Positions 8,283 to 16,691 of a stretch of 20,000 bases of DNA are shown here, piece after piece. Under the pieces are notes generated by a model. That model saw nothing but the letters and a program-made list of their open reading frames with translations. It had not been told where the DNA came from and made no database searches. Location of the stretch: positions 61,888 through 81,887 of the IMG/VR virus record IMGVR_UViG_3300005669_000002. One strand, written 5' to 3'. This stretch comes from an uncultured virus (IMG/VR IMGVR_UViG_3300005669_000002) (lineage: Duplodnaviria > Heunggongvirae > Uroviricota > Caudoviricetes). Position 1 is the stretch's first letter, and the number at the start of each line of letters is the position of its first letter. The position numbers were made by a program, and so were the translations under genes.

Positions 8283-8563
8283 TACTTCTGTTTAGTCCGT
8301 CTTTTCGCCAACTCATCTTTAAGACCTAACACTACTAGTGCGCTTTGGATTGTGGTTCGGCAGCAGCGGATCTTTTTCTCTTTAAGGGCAATCCGAATAC
8401 TGTTTAAGCTATGCCCACCGCGATACCAATCCGCTATCTGCGGATAGTTCAAAACCAATTCCTCCACCCCTGTCCCTCTCGTCCAGCGTGGCTTTTTGCG
8501 TTTGGCCTTCTTGATTGTTCGCTGGATGGTCGTGGAATTGGAGACAGGAGAGGGGGAACTCAT
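8282..8563 (-). CDS. basic HTH-like DNA-binding protein, 93 aa
   Basis: IADWYRGGHSLNSIRIAL...CCRTTIQSAL HTH-like segment; Lys/Arg-rich. Confidence 0.55.
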   Translation of the reverse strand: MSSPSPVSNSTTIQRTIKKAKRKKPRWTRGTGVEELVLNYPQIADWYRGGHSLNSIRIALKEKKIRCCRTTIQSALVVLGLKDELAKRRTKQK

Positions 8564-8598
8564 GGGAAGTTGCGACGAATCGTTTATAAGGATCGATT

Positions 8599-8874
8599 CT
8601 ATCCTTGTATTTCCTTAATTTCTTCCATGTCAAGAAACGATTCTGCCTCTTCGTAGGTTTCATCGGATACATATGAAAGCTCCCCGAAGCCCCCAAGGCT
8701 GTATCCAATCAATTGAGCAAACTGCTCTCGGTCTTCTTGGGCGAACTCAATTATGGCTAAGTCGTTTATTGTCTTTCCACTTGCTTTAAGCAAGTATTCA
8801 ACGATGGCGTTTTTCTTGAAACGAATTATCCCGTCATTTGTTTTCACTAGCGGTTGAATTGGGTGTCTGGGCAT
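8599..8874 (-). CDS. conserved phage hypothetical protein, 91 aa
   Basis: AAGGAG RBS; HPIQPL..GIIRFKKNAIVEYLL..EDREQFAQLIGYSLGGFGELSYVSD resembles a widespread uncharacterised phage family (from recall). Confidence 0.8.
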   Translation of the reverse strand: MPRHPIQPLVKTNDGIIRFKKNAIVEYLLKASGKTINDLAIIEFAQEDREQFAQLIGYSLGGFGELSYVSDETYEEAESFLDMEEIKEIQG

Positions 8875-8891
8875 TTTGAGTACTCCTTAAA

Positions 8892-9254
8892 CTATGACGA
8901 CACAACAAACCATAGCGACAAAACAAATGCCGCCCCTGCCGTTAGTGCCCCTATCAAAGGCATCCCCAGAAGAACAGACAGCAGGACAGGGGGGGTGGAG
9001 AAACTGAAGAACAGTAGAGTGGACTTAACCAAGGCCCGTCGCTTGGCCTGTATCAAACTTGCCCCCCAACTCCAGAATAATGCCTGCTGCTCGGCAATAT
9101 CCTCTGGAGCAATGCCCACCAATTCCTGGAACCGAGCCGACTGATCGTGCCAGCCTTCTTCAAAGGCCTGGGTAGCACTACCCCACCAGAGAGTAGAAAG
9201 ATTACGGCCAAGGGACTGTGCTGAATGCGCCTGCTCAGTGAGGGTGCCATGCAC
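8892..9254 (-). CDS. membrane protein with two C-terminal TM helices (start uncertain)
   Basis: ORF track 8892..9371; GTG at 9254 lies just after the upstream stop; hydrophobic C-terminus. Confidence 0.6.
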   Translation of the reverse strand: MHGTLTEQAHSAQSLGRNLSTLWWGSATQAFEEGWHDQSARFQELVGIAPEDIAEQQALFWSWGASLIQAKRRALVKSTLLFFSFSTPPVLLSVLLGMPLIGALTAGAAFVLSLWFVVSS

Positions 9255-9255
9255 T

Positions 9256-9552
9256 TCACTCGGCAGTTGCGGCGGTGACGGAGTTGACTGAGTACTCGGG
9301 GTTGTAGGACGAGTGTGACTTGAGGTTGGCAATTGCATTATGGGTTCCATTGGCAAATTGGACAAAGGCATCGGTTGAGTGTTCGGTCTGCTCCGCCACC
9401 AACAACGCTGAATTAAGTAGTCGCTCCATCCGATCCACGCTGTCTGTAAATTTTTTGGGGTTTGTTCCAGCGGATTCTTGCTGAATCAACCCCTCCCGAG
9501 TAACAGCTTGCAGAAAAATCTTGAGTTTTTGCACTGGAGTCAGCTTATTCAT
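9256..9552 (-). CDS. hypothetical protein, 98 aa
   Basis: 8-nt overlap with the upstream gene. Confidence 0.7.
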   Translation of the reverse strand: MNKLTPVQKLKIFLQAVTREGLIQQESAGTNPKKFTDSVDRMERLLNSALLVAEQTEHSTDAFVQFANGTHNAIANLKSHSSYNPEYSVNSVTAATAE

Positions 9553-9712
9553 GATTGCCTAGAGTGAAATGAAAGGTTTGCGCTTTTTGAAGAAATTCAA
9601 CCGCTGGATGAGCAACGGGGTAAACCTGGTACATCAGGTAGAGGCCCATGCCAAATGCGGGGGCTTGAAAAAGAAAGAATTTGAATAGTCGCCACCAGAT
9701 TTTAAGGAACAT
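9545..9712 (-). CDS. small single-pass membrane protein, 55 aa
   Basis: AGGAGG RBS before ATG 9712; MFLKIWWRLFKFFLFQAPAFGMGLYLMY. Confidence 0.7.
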   Translation of the reverse strand: MFLKIWWRLFKFFLFQAPAFGMGLYLMYQVYPVAHPAVEFLQKAQTFHFTLGNHE

Positions 9713-9911
9713 CACTTCCTCCTGCCCCGTATTGGCGATTGATGTAGGCAACCAGAATGCGCTCAAAAGCCCGAGCTTGCTCTGGTTGGTAGCAAGCCCA
9801 CATATTGGCGATTTCGCCAATTAGTTGATGAAGCTCGTAGGGGATTGCCTCCGATGGACAATGGCAGTCTGCCAAAATCCCCTCAATTAATCGTTGCTTG
9901 AGTTCGTCCAT
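9702..9911 (-). CDS. hypothetical protein, 69 aa
   Basis: GAGGTG RBS; TAATG coupling. Confidence 0.7.
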   Translation of the reverse strand: MDELKQRLIEGILADCHCPSEAIPYELHQLIGEIANMWACYQPEQARAFERILVAYINRQYGAGGSDVP

Positions 9912-10174
9912 TACACCACCTCTTTTTGCGCTGCTAGTGTTAACTGAGTCTGCTCAGTCTCAGTAAAATTTTCAGTCATTGGAACCAGTCCTTTGAATGA
10001 AGCATCAAATAGCTTCTGTCCCAACCGCCAAAGGGCTTCGTCTTCCAGCCACTCTTTAGTATTTAGCTGCACTCGGTAAATGGGTTTCCCCTCAGCATTG
10101 AATATACGTTGAGGCTTGCATCGGAAGATCGCCTCAAAAGTTTCTTGGCTTAATCGAATCTTTGGGTATGCCAT
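9911..10174 (-). CDS. hypothetical protein, 87 aa
   Basis: AGGAG RBS; operon context. Confidence 0.7.
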   Translation of the reverse strand: MAYPKIRLSQETFEAIFRCKPQRIFNAEGKPIYRVQLNTKEWLEDEALWRLGQKLFDASFKGLVPMTENFTETEQTQLTLAAQKEVV

Positions 10175-10379
10175 TACTTTTCTCCTGTTTCAAGCGTTCA
10201 ACTGCCCTTGTGTAAACCTCTTCCAGCACAGCATTCATAATGCTTGCTGTTGGGGTTTGAGAATCCGATTTCATAGAGTCAATTGTTGCCCTGAGTACAT
10301 CAAGGGCATCTTGAATTCCATTTGATCGAGCGTTTTCTATCGCTGCCTGCAATTGCAATTCAACCTCTAACTGACTCAT
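10134..10379 (-). CDS. helical hypothetical protein, 81 aa
   Basis: GGAG RBS and TGATG coupling at 10379. Confidence 0.7.
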   Translation of the reverse strand: MSQLEVELQLQAAIENARSNGIQDALDVLRATIDSMKSDSQTPTASIMNAVLEEVYTRAVERLKQEKSNGIPKDSIKPRNF

Positions 10380-10663
10380 CACTTCTCTCCCTGTCCCTTG
10401 ATTGACTTGAATCCGTACCAAACTCCAACCCCCAGACCTACCCCCATCAACTGAGATTGCCCAGAGGACAGGAGAGAAGCTCTAATTTGATTCAACCCTG
10501 CCGTCCGGTCTAAAAGGGCATTGGTCATGGAAAACATCAACCCCCCACTAATGACCAAGGTTGCTCCCAGGTGTCGTGCCCATTGGGGTAAGGCTTGAAT
10601 TTGTTGGCGACGAATTTCTTGTTTGATGATTGTTGAGTTCCCAAATGCTTTCTGGTAATTCAT
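10379..10663 (-). CDS. two-TM membrane protein, 94 aa
   Basis: ATG 10663 is 11 nt after the upstream stop; LGATLVISGGLMFSM and LMGVGLGVGVWYGF segments. Confidence 0.7.
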   Translation of the reverse strand: MNYQKAFGNSTIIKQEIRRQQIQALPQWARHLGATLVISGGLMFSMTNALLDRTAGLNQIRASLLSSGQSQLMGVGLGVGVWYGFKSIKGQGEK

Positions 10664-10674
10664 TACTCTTGCCC

Positions 10675-11112
10675 CTACTGAATTTGCTGATAGTAATTGC
10701 TGGCGGGAGCTTGACTGGGGATTCGATTCGAGAACATCTGAATCCCGAAATAGCCAAGGAAAAGGCAGGCTACCATTGCCGCCAGTCCCATCACCCAATC
10801 TTGTTGAGCGATCGTGGGGTTGGCAGCTTTCTGCTCCCGCTGGTGGCGACGTTGCTCTGCTAATGCCCAAGAATCGATCGCTTGAGAAACTAGCCCTGCA
10901 ATGTCGTGGTTCCCACCGATGTCCCCGCTTACCGTCACCCCATGCTTAGATAGCTCAATCTCAATGTGAGACTGCGGTATTTGTGGCTGATATTGCTCAG
11001 GCATCCGATAGCTAGTAATTGCCCCAGCCGTGGAGTGGATGGCAGGGGGAGGGTTATTGCCCTCTACCAATTCGTAGCCATCGTCAATCTGCAAATATGT
11101 CGGCATTTCCAT
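10675..11112 (-). CDS. membrane-anchored protein, 145 aa
   Basis: GGAGAGG RBS; WVMGLAAMVACLFLGYFGIQMF TM helix. Confidence 0.75.
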   Translation of the reverse strand: MEMPTYLQIDDGYELVEGNNPPPAIHSTAGAITSYRMPEQYQPQIPQSHIEIELSKHGVTVSGDIGGNHDIAGLVSQAIDSWALAEQRRHQREQKAANPTIAQQDWVMGLAAMVACLFLGYFGIQMFSNRIPSQAPASNYYQQIQ

Positions 11113-11141
11113 AGCCTCTCCCCCTGCCCCATCCTTTGCTA

Positions 11142-11534
11142 CTACTGTTCGTCGCCGTCTTCAAGCGTTACCCCAAATTGTTGTTGGGCCAGCGCCAACA
11201 AAGCATCACCCATTTGGTTGCCCATCGCACCAATATGCTCGATCGTCTTTACTGCTTCCTGTCCCATCGCATGAGTAGCTGCGACACGGGCTTGATGCCC
11301 CATCCCTTGTACCAGTGCAACAGAGCCGTCAGCTAGTGCATTACCAGAGGGGCCTAAGCCCTGTGCTTCTTGGGTTGCCCGAACATCCAATGGTGTAGGG
11401 CTGTCTTGTTCCTTCACTTTTTTCCCCCGTCCCTTCTTAGTCGGGGTGATGGCTGTGGTGGGCTGTTGTTTGCCCGACGCTGGCACCATCATTTCACTGG
11501 GGTCAATGCTGCTCGATTTCACCAGGTCTGTCAT
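11142..11534 (-). CDS. low-complexity hypothetical protein, 130 aa
   Basis: AAGGAGCAAGCAATG start; first gene after a promoter. Confidence 0.8.
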   Translation of the reverse strand: MTDLVKSSSIDPSEMMVPASGKQQPTTAITPTKKGRGKKVKEQDSPTPLDVRATQEAQGLGPSGNALADGSVALVQGMGHQARVAATHAMGQEAVKTIEHIGAMGNQMGDALLALAQQQFGVTLEDGDEQ

Positions 11535-11574
11535 TGCTTGCTCCTTGTTATCTCACTAAACTCTAAGCCTCTTT

Positions 11575-11604
11575 ATAGTAATGGCTCGCTGTTTAGGTTG
11601 TCAA
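11575..11604 (-). promoter_or_regulatory. sigma70-like promoter of the 11.5-6.9 kb gene run
   Basis: TTGACA-18 nt-TACTAT. Confidence 0.65.
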
Positions 11605-11712
11605 CAAGAAAGCGTTAATTCGTGTTCAGTTGCCCACCCTGCAAGACTTTCAAGCCTCACGTTTTACTACACACTTCGTAGCAATGCGGGATCTTTCGAT
11701 TGGCTTGACGAC

Positions 11713-11743
11713 AAAACAAAACCCCTGCCGGAAAGGACAGGGG
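11713..11743 (-). terminator. intrinsic terminator
   Basis: Minus strand CCCCTGTC-CTTTCC-GGCAGGGG followed by TTTTGTTTT. Confidence 0.7.
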
Positions 11744-11928
11744 GGAAGGGAGTTGTAGATGATTGGCGGTGAGTGTTATTCCACAATTGAATACTCGCAC
11801 AAATCGTCAACTGGCAGCACCTTAGGGGCAACGTCTTTAGCAATAAACAGGTGCCGAGACATTGTTCTATTGTTGCCCTCGAAAAAGTCAATACCCCAAA
11901 CTCCTGGGATGCCCCGCTGAATTCTTAC

Positions 11929-13314
11929 CAGGGAAGGGCGGGATGTCTGAAAGCCCTGTCTCTTTAGAGCAGGGATGAAAGACGACTCGTGCGAATTTAT
12001 TCGCATACCGTCTTTAACCAATGTTTTTCCTTGTTGATTCATCATTTTTGCGCTATAATAGTTAGCGTAACTCGATTGATCCTGATGCTAGTCTTTGAGT
12101 TTAAAGCCTACGGAAAGCCCAAACAGTTCGCAGCTATTGATGAAGCGATTCGTACCGTGCAGTTTATTCGGAATAAGTGCATCCGTTTGTGGATGGACAA
12201 CCCGAAAACTAATAAGTATGACTTGAGTAAGCAAAGCGCGATCTTGGCTCGTGAATTTCCGTTCGCTGATCAACTCAATTCAACTGCTCGTCAAGCAGCG
12301 ACAGAACGCGCTTGGACTGCCATATCTCGATTTTATGACAACTGCAAAGCTAAGATTTCTGGCAAGAAAGGTTATCCTAAATTCCAGAAAGATAATCGCT
12401 CGGTTGAGTACAAAGCGTCGGGATGGAAGCTTGCAGGCGATCGTAAATCGATCGCGTTCACCGATAAGAAAGGTATTGGCAGACTGAAAATGAAGGGTAC
12501 TCGCGACCTAAATTTCTATCAGCCAGACCAGATTAAGCGAGTGAGATTGGTAAAGCGAGCAGACGGCTATTACGTTCAATTTTGCATCAAGGTAGATCGA
12601 GAAGAGAAGATCGAACCAACGCATAAAACTATTGGTTTAGATGTTGGCTTAGAGTCTTTCTACACTGATTCACTCGGTAATAAAGTCGAGAATCCTCGGT
12701 TTTATCGGACGGGTGAACAAAGGATGAAGCGGGCGCAACGCCTTGTTTCTCGCAAAGTAAAAGGCTCTAGAAATAGACGTAAGGCTAGAGTTAAATTAGC
12801 TAGAGTTCACCTCAAAATAAGTAGACAACGTAAAGACCACGCTGTAAAGTTGGCGCGGTGCGTAGTTGCATCGAACGATGTCATAGTCTATGAAGATTTG
12901 CGGATTAAGAATCTGGTTAAAAATCATTGTCTGGCTAAGTCAATTAATGACGCTGGCTGGTATCAATTTCGAGTTTGGCTAGAGTATTTTGGTAAGGTTT
13001 TTGGACGGATAACTATTGCTGTCAATCCTGCCTACACGTCCCAAGAATGCTCTCGCTGTGGCACTGTGGTTAAGAAATCTCTTTCAACTCGCACACACAT
13101 TTGTCAGTGTGGCTGTCGATTGGATCGCGACCATAATGCTGGTATCAACATCCTTAACTCAGGATTGGGTACAGTAGGGCATACTGGAACCTCAATGCTA
13201 GACATTGGAATCGCTTGGGGAGATTTGTCCTCTACTGCCGTTGGTGCAAACCTGCGACAGCAAGACGGGTCATTGAACCAAGAATCCCCGTCTCTTTAGA
13301 GCGGGGAGTGTCAA
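11929..13314 (+). mobile_element. IS200/IS605-family element, tnpB-only (non-autonomous)
   Basis: TTAC at 11925-11928; left hairpin AAAG-CCCTGTCTCTTTAGAGCAGGG (11950-11974); right hairpin GAAT-CCCCGTCTCTTTAGAGCGGGG then TCAA end. AAAG/TTAC and GAAT/TCAA match the IS608 guide/cleavage pairs. Confidence 0.85.
12085..13299 (+). CDS. tnpB: RNA-guided endonuclease TnpB, 404 aa
   Basis: RuvC residues GLDVGL, VYEDL, DRDHNA; Zn ribbon CSRC..CQCG; start MLVFEFK; TTGTTG-17-TATAAT upstream. Confidence 0.95.
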   Translation: MLVFEFKAYGKPKQFAAIDEAIRTVQFIRNKCIRLWMDNPKTNKYDLSKQSAILAREFPFADQLNSTARQAATERAWTAISRFYDNCKAKISGKKGYPKFQKDNRSVEYKASGWKLAGDRKSIAFTDKKGIGRLKMKGTRDLNFYQPDQIKRVRLVKRADGYYVQFCIKVDREEKIEPTHKTIGLDVGLESFYTDSLGNKVENPRFYRTGEQRMKRAQRLVSRKVKGSRNRRKARVKLARVHLKISRQRKDHAVKLARCVVASNDVIVYEDLRIKNLVKNHCLAKSINDAGWYQFRVWLEYFGKVFGRITIAVNPAYTSQECSRCGTVVKKSLSTRTHICQCGCRLDRDHNAGINILNSGLGTVGHTGTSMLDIGIAWGDLSSTAVGANLRQQDGSLNQESPSL

Positions 13315-13328
13315 TCCACTACTAAAAG

Positions 13329-13886
13329 CTAAGTTCTCGTCTCTTCTGAGTACAAATACTTTAATCCGTCAATCTCAACAGCATCTTGCCAGCTTGGATC
13401 GAACACTGTGTATAAGGTGCCCCCTGTTACGTTTCGCTCATAGTGCAAGGCATAGGCCTCTTTGAGCTTGCGCCTACTGCGACCATGATTTGGCCCATAC
13501 GCATCAAGGTAGTAGTGCCTGATTGCGTTCCAGCTCGGCTCGTAGACTGGCGTGCTAAAAAGCTGCGTTTCAATCTCTTCATGGAAATGAAACACTGGGA
13601 CGATTCGAGCCTGAAACACATCACCCCAAGGCTCTGCACTCCCGTAATAAATTACTCCTCCTGTCTCGTTCAGGGGATAAACATCCCCTGGTGCAACAAA
13701 TTGCTGCCTCAAGTGACTCTGATACTTGCCACGCTTAAAGACCCATCCTTCGCATGGAGGGAATAATTTTGAATCCTCATGTGGTCGGAACATTTGCAGC
13801 AAGCATTCGTCGCCGAATTTCAGACCTTTCAACCATTGCTCATACTTGCCTTGATTGCAACGGCTTGAACCGATCAATAATCTCAT
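13329..13886 (-). CDS. hypothetical protein, 185 aa
   Basis: AGGAGG RBS; aromatic-rich globular ORF. Confidence 0.8.
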   Translation of the reverse strand: MRLLIGSSRCNQGKYEQWLKGLKFGDECLLQMFRPHEDSKLFPPCEGWVFKRGKYQSHLRQQFVAPGDVYPLNETGGVIYYGSAEPWGDVFQARIVPVFHFHEEIETQLFSTPVYEPSWNAIRHYYLDAYGPNHGRSRRKLKEAYALHYERNVTGGTLYTVFDPSWQDAVEIDGLKYLYSEETRT

Positions 13887-13904
13887 TTTTCCTCCTGCCT
13901 TTGT

Positions 13905-14465
13905 TCACCAATTCTCGTCATCACAGTCTCTCGCAACGACGGCATCCACCTCGATCGCTGGCCCTTCCGGGTTGGTTTCCTTGGCTTGGTATCGCTCCTG
14001 AATGACCGGAGCGAGGAGCTTAGTAAATGCCTTAATGGTGGGAGGATATCCACCTTTGCCGCCAATAGTGACGGTGGTGCCACGACTGACCAACCAATTA
14101 ACTATCTCGGTGTAATTGATGGTGCCATCCTCACTCATGCACTCGGCCCTATGATCCATAAATGCCTTGCGCCCTGGAAGCTCCGCAAGAACGTCACTGC
14201 CTCGCTTGGCTAGGGTGAGGCGATAAAGGTTCATCAAGAAGACCTCATAGGCTTGGTACCCTGTGAGCATTTCTCCCTTTCGCAGACCCAAGCACTTGCA
14301 ATCAGCGGTGATGGACTGAGCGCTAATGGCGAAAAATCGAGCTAAGTCCACCCGCTGGATCACGGGTGAGTTGAGGAACCACTTCTCTGGATCCTCAGGT
14401 ATCTTCTTGGCGGTGAAGTCTGCAAAGGGCAGAGCTTCAGCCACTATTCGTTTTGATTTAGCCAT
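13905..14465 (-). CDS. HTH-containing putative DNA-binding protein, 186 aa
   Basis: Start set at ATG 14465, overlapping the upstream stop; IQRVDLARFFAISAQSITADCKCLGL HTH-like segment. Confidence 0.6.
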   Translation of the reverse strand: MAKSKRIVAEALPFADFTAKKIPEDPEKWFLNSPVIQRVDLARFFAISAQSITADCKCLGLRKGEMLTGYQAYEVFLMNLYRLTLAKRGSDVLAELPGRKAFMDHRAECMSEDGTINYTEIVNWLVSRGTTVTIGGKGGYPPTIKAFTKLLAPVIQERYQAKETNPEGPAIEVDAVVARDCDDENW

Positions 14466-14814
14466 TAAACCCCCACCCCGGCAGACCTGGGAACTCTTGA
14501 ACTTCTGAAACTTTTTCAACGTCTAGTTCAACGTCATAGTTAGTGCCAAAGTCATCCCACCGGATAAACAAAGATAAGCCTTTAGATAGCGGTTTATCGA
14601 CCGTCAAGCAGGCGTACTGCATATTCCCACAACGTCTTGGCAAAAACATTGGCGGTGGGGCCAATTGATACTTGGTAGAAAACCCAAGATCTTGTGCCCC
14701 AATCACTGAGGCATAAATTGTTTGTCTAGTGGCGTCAGACAAATCAGCTTCGTCGTCGTCATACCCAAAACATTCCCGCATGGTTTTTTCTGCAATCTCA
14801 ATTTTGAGAATCAT
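14458..14814 (-). CDS. acidic hypothetical protein, 118 aa
   Basis: GGAGGAAACAATG start. Confidence 0.75.
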   Translation of the reverse strand: MILKIEIAEKTMRECFGYDDDEADLSDATRQTIYASVIGAQDLGFSTKYQLAPPPMFLPRRCGNMQYACLTVDKPLSKGLSLFIRWDDFGTNYDVELDVEKVSEVQEFPGLPGWGFNG

Positions 14815-14838
14815 TGTTTCCTCCCTGTCCCTTGAAAA

Positions 14839-15045
14839 CTACGACTTGACTGGCTTAATCTGCCAGTCTTCTACATCGTCTTGCCCCAAAGACAGAGGAA
14901 GATTTTCATAGCCTGAATCTTCAGGAAATTCAGGTTGACAGACATAAGTTTCAAACTCAACCTCATGAGATTCAACCTTAAAGGTGAATTGAGTCTGATC
15001 GTCTGGGGCGATCGCCGTGTATTCTTGGCCGATTTTTAACTCCAT
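14839..15045 (-). CDS. small highly acidic beta-rich protein, 68 aa (candidate anti-defence)
   Basis: AAGGAGCAAAGCAATG start at 15045; MELKIGQEYTAIAPDDQTQFTFKVESHEVE. Confidence 0.8.
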   Translation of the reverse strand: MELKIGQEYTAIAPDDQTQFTFKVESHEVEFETYVCQPEFPEDSGYENLPLSLGQDDVEDWQIKPVKS

Positions 15046-15079
15046 TGCTTTGCTCCTTAAATTAATTAACTGTGTTGTG

Positions 15080-15106
15080 TGGGCAGTTAATGGGATGCCC
15101 AGCCCA
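15080..15106 (-). ncRNA. H-type pseudoknot, copy D (covariant stem 1)
   Basis: UGGG-C-UGGGCA-U-CCCA-UUAAC-UGCCCA. Confidence 0.75.
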
Positions 15107-15114
15107 CAAACCAA

Positions 15115-16146
15115 CTAGATCAATGGATTCACAAAGCCCACTACCTCATGGGGAAGCAGCAAGGAAGGGGTGTTGAATCCACTTCCCCCAACAGCAGTGC
15201 GACCGCCCCAGCCATCAGGAGTAAACCCGTCTGCTGCTGCCATCTCAGCCTGAGTTAGGACGGGGAAAATCTTGGTCAAGTCAACCGCGTCCTGCCCCGG
15301 ATGTCCTGGGACAGTGCCAAGGGTGTACTGAAACCCCCCGTTGTTGTGGCTGCGACGGGTCAAGGTGACTGGCTTGTAGCCCATTTCTGGGTCTAATTTT
15401 GCCCACGCCATCAGTGTGGCACGGGGATCGACGTAACCCTTGATCTCCGACGTATCGGCATAAGGAATGCCTTCAACAAATGAGCAGCACCCCTTCTCTA
15501 GCAGCTCATCCCGTTTAGCGAGAAGGCTCTCAAAATACTTATCTGCTTCTCCCATCTCCCCTGGCCAGGGACGTTCACCCCGGACAGCCGCGATGATGTG
15601 TTCCACGCTTTGACGAAACGCCGTGGAATAGTAGAGCATCCGCTGCTCTTTGCTCCACTCTTTGCGATCCTTTGGAAGACCCATTTCCTCGCGAAGGGCG
15701 TCCGAGGAGATTTTCATGGCAGCGACTACTTTGAATGCCCAGTCGGGATTGACTTCATCAGCCGGATCCACGCAAAGGTGGTCGCACTCGTGTGCGATCG
15801 CTCTGAGCATTGAGAAGGCTTCGGTACCTGCCCCCCCCGCTAAGTCGCTGGGGCGTAACTGCAAGTACGCGGCAGCCACTACTGAGTCTGCGTCCAACAG
15901 AGTACTCACGCAGACCCAACTACCGCCCATAGCTTCTGGGATAGATCGATCGTCCCATGCTCCCTTCATGGGGGGCATTTCATCAATCTGAACCTTGGCA
16001 TTGCTGGTCTTGTTGTGGTGGTCGTACCACAAGTCCCCCTCCCGTGACTCCCATCCCGGTACTGTGCCATCCAGCATGGCGATCCGGTAGCCCGCATCGA
16101 TAAATGCCTGCAAATCTTCTAGTTCGGTGGTGATGATGTATTCCAT
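15115..16146 (-). CDS. DHH-like phosphoesterase/nuclease with permuted motif order, 343 aa
   Basis: WYDHH, LDADS, HECDH and C-terminal WGGRTAVGGS (DHHA1-like glycine motif); AAGGAGCAAGGCAATG start at 16146. Confidence 0.65.
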   Translation of the reverse strand: MEYIITTELEDLQAFIDAGYRIAMLDGTVPGWESREGDLWYDHHNKTSNAKVQIDEMPPMKGAWDDRSIPEAMGGSWVCVSTLLDADSVVAAAYLQLRPSDLAGGAGTEAFSMLRAIAHECDHLCVDPADEVNPDWAFKVVAAMKISSDALREEMGLPKDRKEWSKEQRMLYYSTAFRQSVEHIIAAVRGERPWPGEMGEADKYFESLLAKRDELLEKGCCSFVEGIPYADTSEIKGYVDPRATLMAWAKLDPEMGYKPVTLTRRSHNNGGFQYTLGTVPGHPGQDAVDLTKIFPVLTQAEMAAADGFTPDGWGGRTAVGGSGFNTPSLLLPHEVVGFVNPLI

Positions 16147-16176
16147 TGCCTTGCTCCTTGTATAAAACGTGTCGGC

Positions 16177-16204
16177 TAGGCAGTTTTCAGTCATGCCCAG
16201 GACT
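16177..16204 (-). ncRNA. H-type pseudoknot, copy C
   Basis: AGUC-C-UGGGCA-U-GACU-GAAAAC-UGCCUA (one G-U pair). Confidence 0.75.
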
Positions 16205-16209
16205 CAGAG

Positions 16210-16332
16210 CTAAATTTCTACAAATCCTTGAAAATTGCACGTATCACACCCACCACCATCACACGTAGGGCAGGACTGCTTGGGATTTGCAGCCCATCCC
16301 AGTTCCTCAAGGAACTGCTGTGAGCCTTCCAT
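16210..16332 (-). CDS. 40-aa zinc-finger microprotein (not in ORF track)
   Basis: MEGSQQFLEELGWAANPKQSCPTCDGGGCDTCNFQGFVEI*; DnaJ-type CxxCxGxG-CxxCxxxG; fills the intergenic gap. Confidence 0.7.
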   Translation of the reverse strand: MEGSQQFLEELGWAANPKQSCPTCDGGGCDTCNFQGFVEI

Positions 16333-16343
16333 ATCCGTACATA

Positions 16344-16604
16344 CTATTCAGCTTTGGTGAAGCCAAAATAATGAACGCTCTGTTGGTCGTTGCTGCGCTC
16401 AACGAACACCCGATCTGGCTCGTTGCGAATTTTGCCGCGAATGTCCTCAACCCAGTCAGGGCAATCTTCCGAACCTAACTCGCAAACATCTCCTGCACAT
16501 CCATCTAGGATGTTTGCGTCATCACAAATGCCGTCATTATCTGCAACTGCCTCGTACCCAAAACCTGAGGCACAAGGTTTGATTGAAAAGTAAGTGACTA
16601 GCAT
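16344..16604 (-). CDS. small acidic protein, 86 aa (candidate anti-defence)
   Basis: AAGGAGAAGCAATG start; Asp/Glu/Cys-rich. Confidence 0.75.
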   Translation of the reverse strand: MLVTYFSIKPCASGFGYEAVADNDGICDDANILDGCAGDVCELGSEDCPDWVEDIRGKIRNEPDRVFVERSNDQQSVHYFGFTKAE

Positions 16605-16658
16605 TGCTTCTCCTTTTTTCTGAACTTTGCAATTCGATGTCTTGTTGTGTCTGTTGCG

Positions 16659-16686
16659 TGGGCAGTTTTCAGTCTTACCCAGGACT
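16659..16686 (-). ncRNA. H-type pseudoknot, copy B
   Basis: AGUC-C-UGGGUA-A-GACU-GAAAAC-UGCCCA (one U-G pair). Confidence 0.75.
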
Positions 16687-16691
16687 GAAAA

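Noticed and set aside
11776..12045. 89-aa minus-strand ORF as a real gene or intact tnpA
   Set aside because: It straddles the IS left end and has no HUH or catalytic Tyr motif; at most a tnpA remnant fused to flanking sequence.
11989..12084. N-terminal extensions in the ORF track (tnpB1, tnpB2 18982-19122, 16147-16194, 15046-15114, 8078-8227, 10664-10870)
   Set aside because: They cover promoters, IS ends, pseudoknots or upstream genes; family N-termini or RBS positions point to downstream ATGs.
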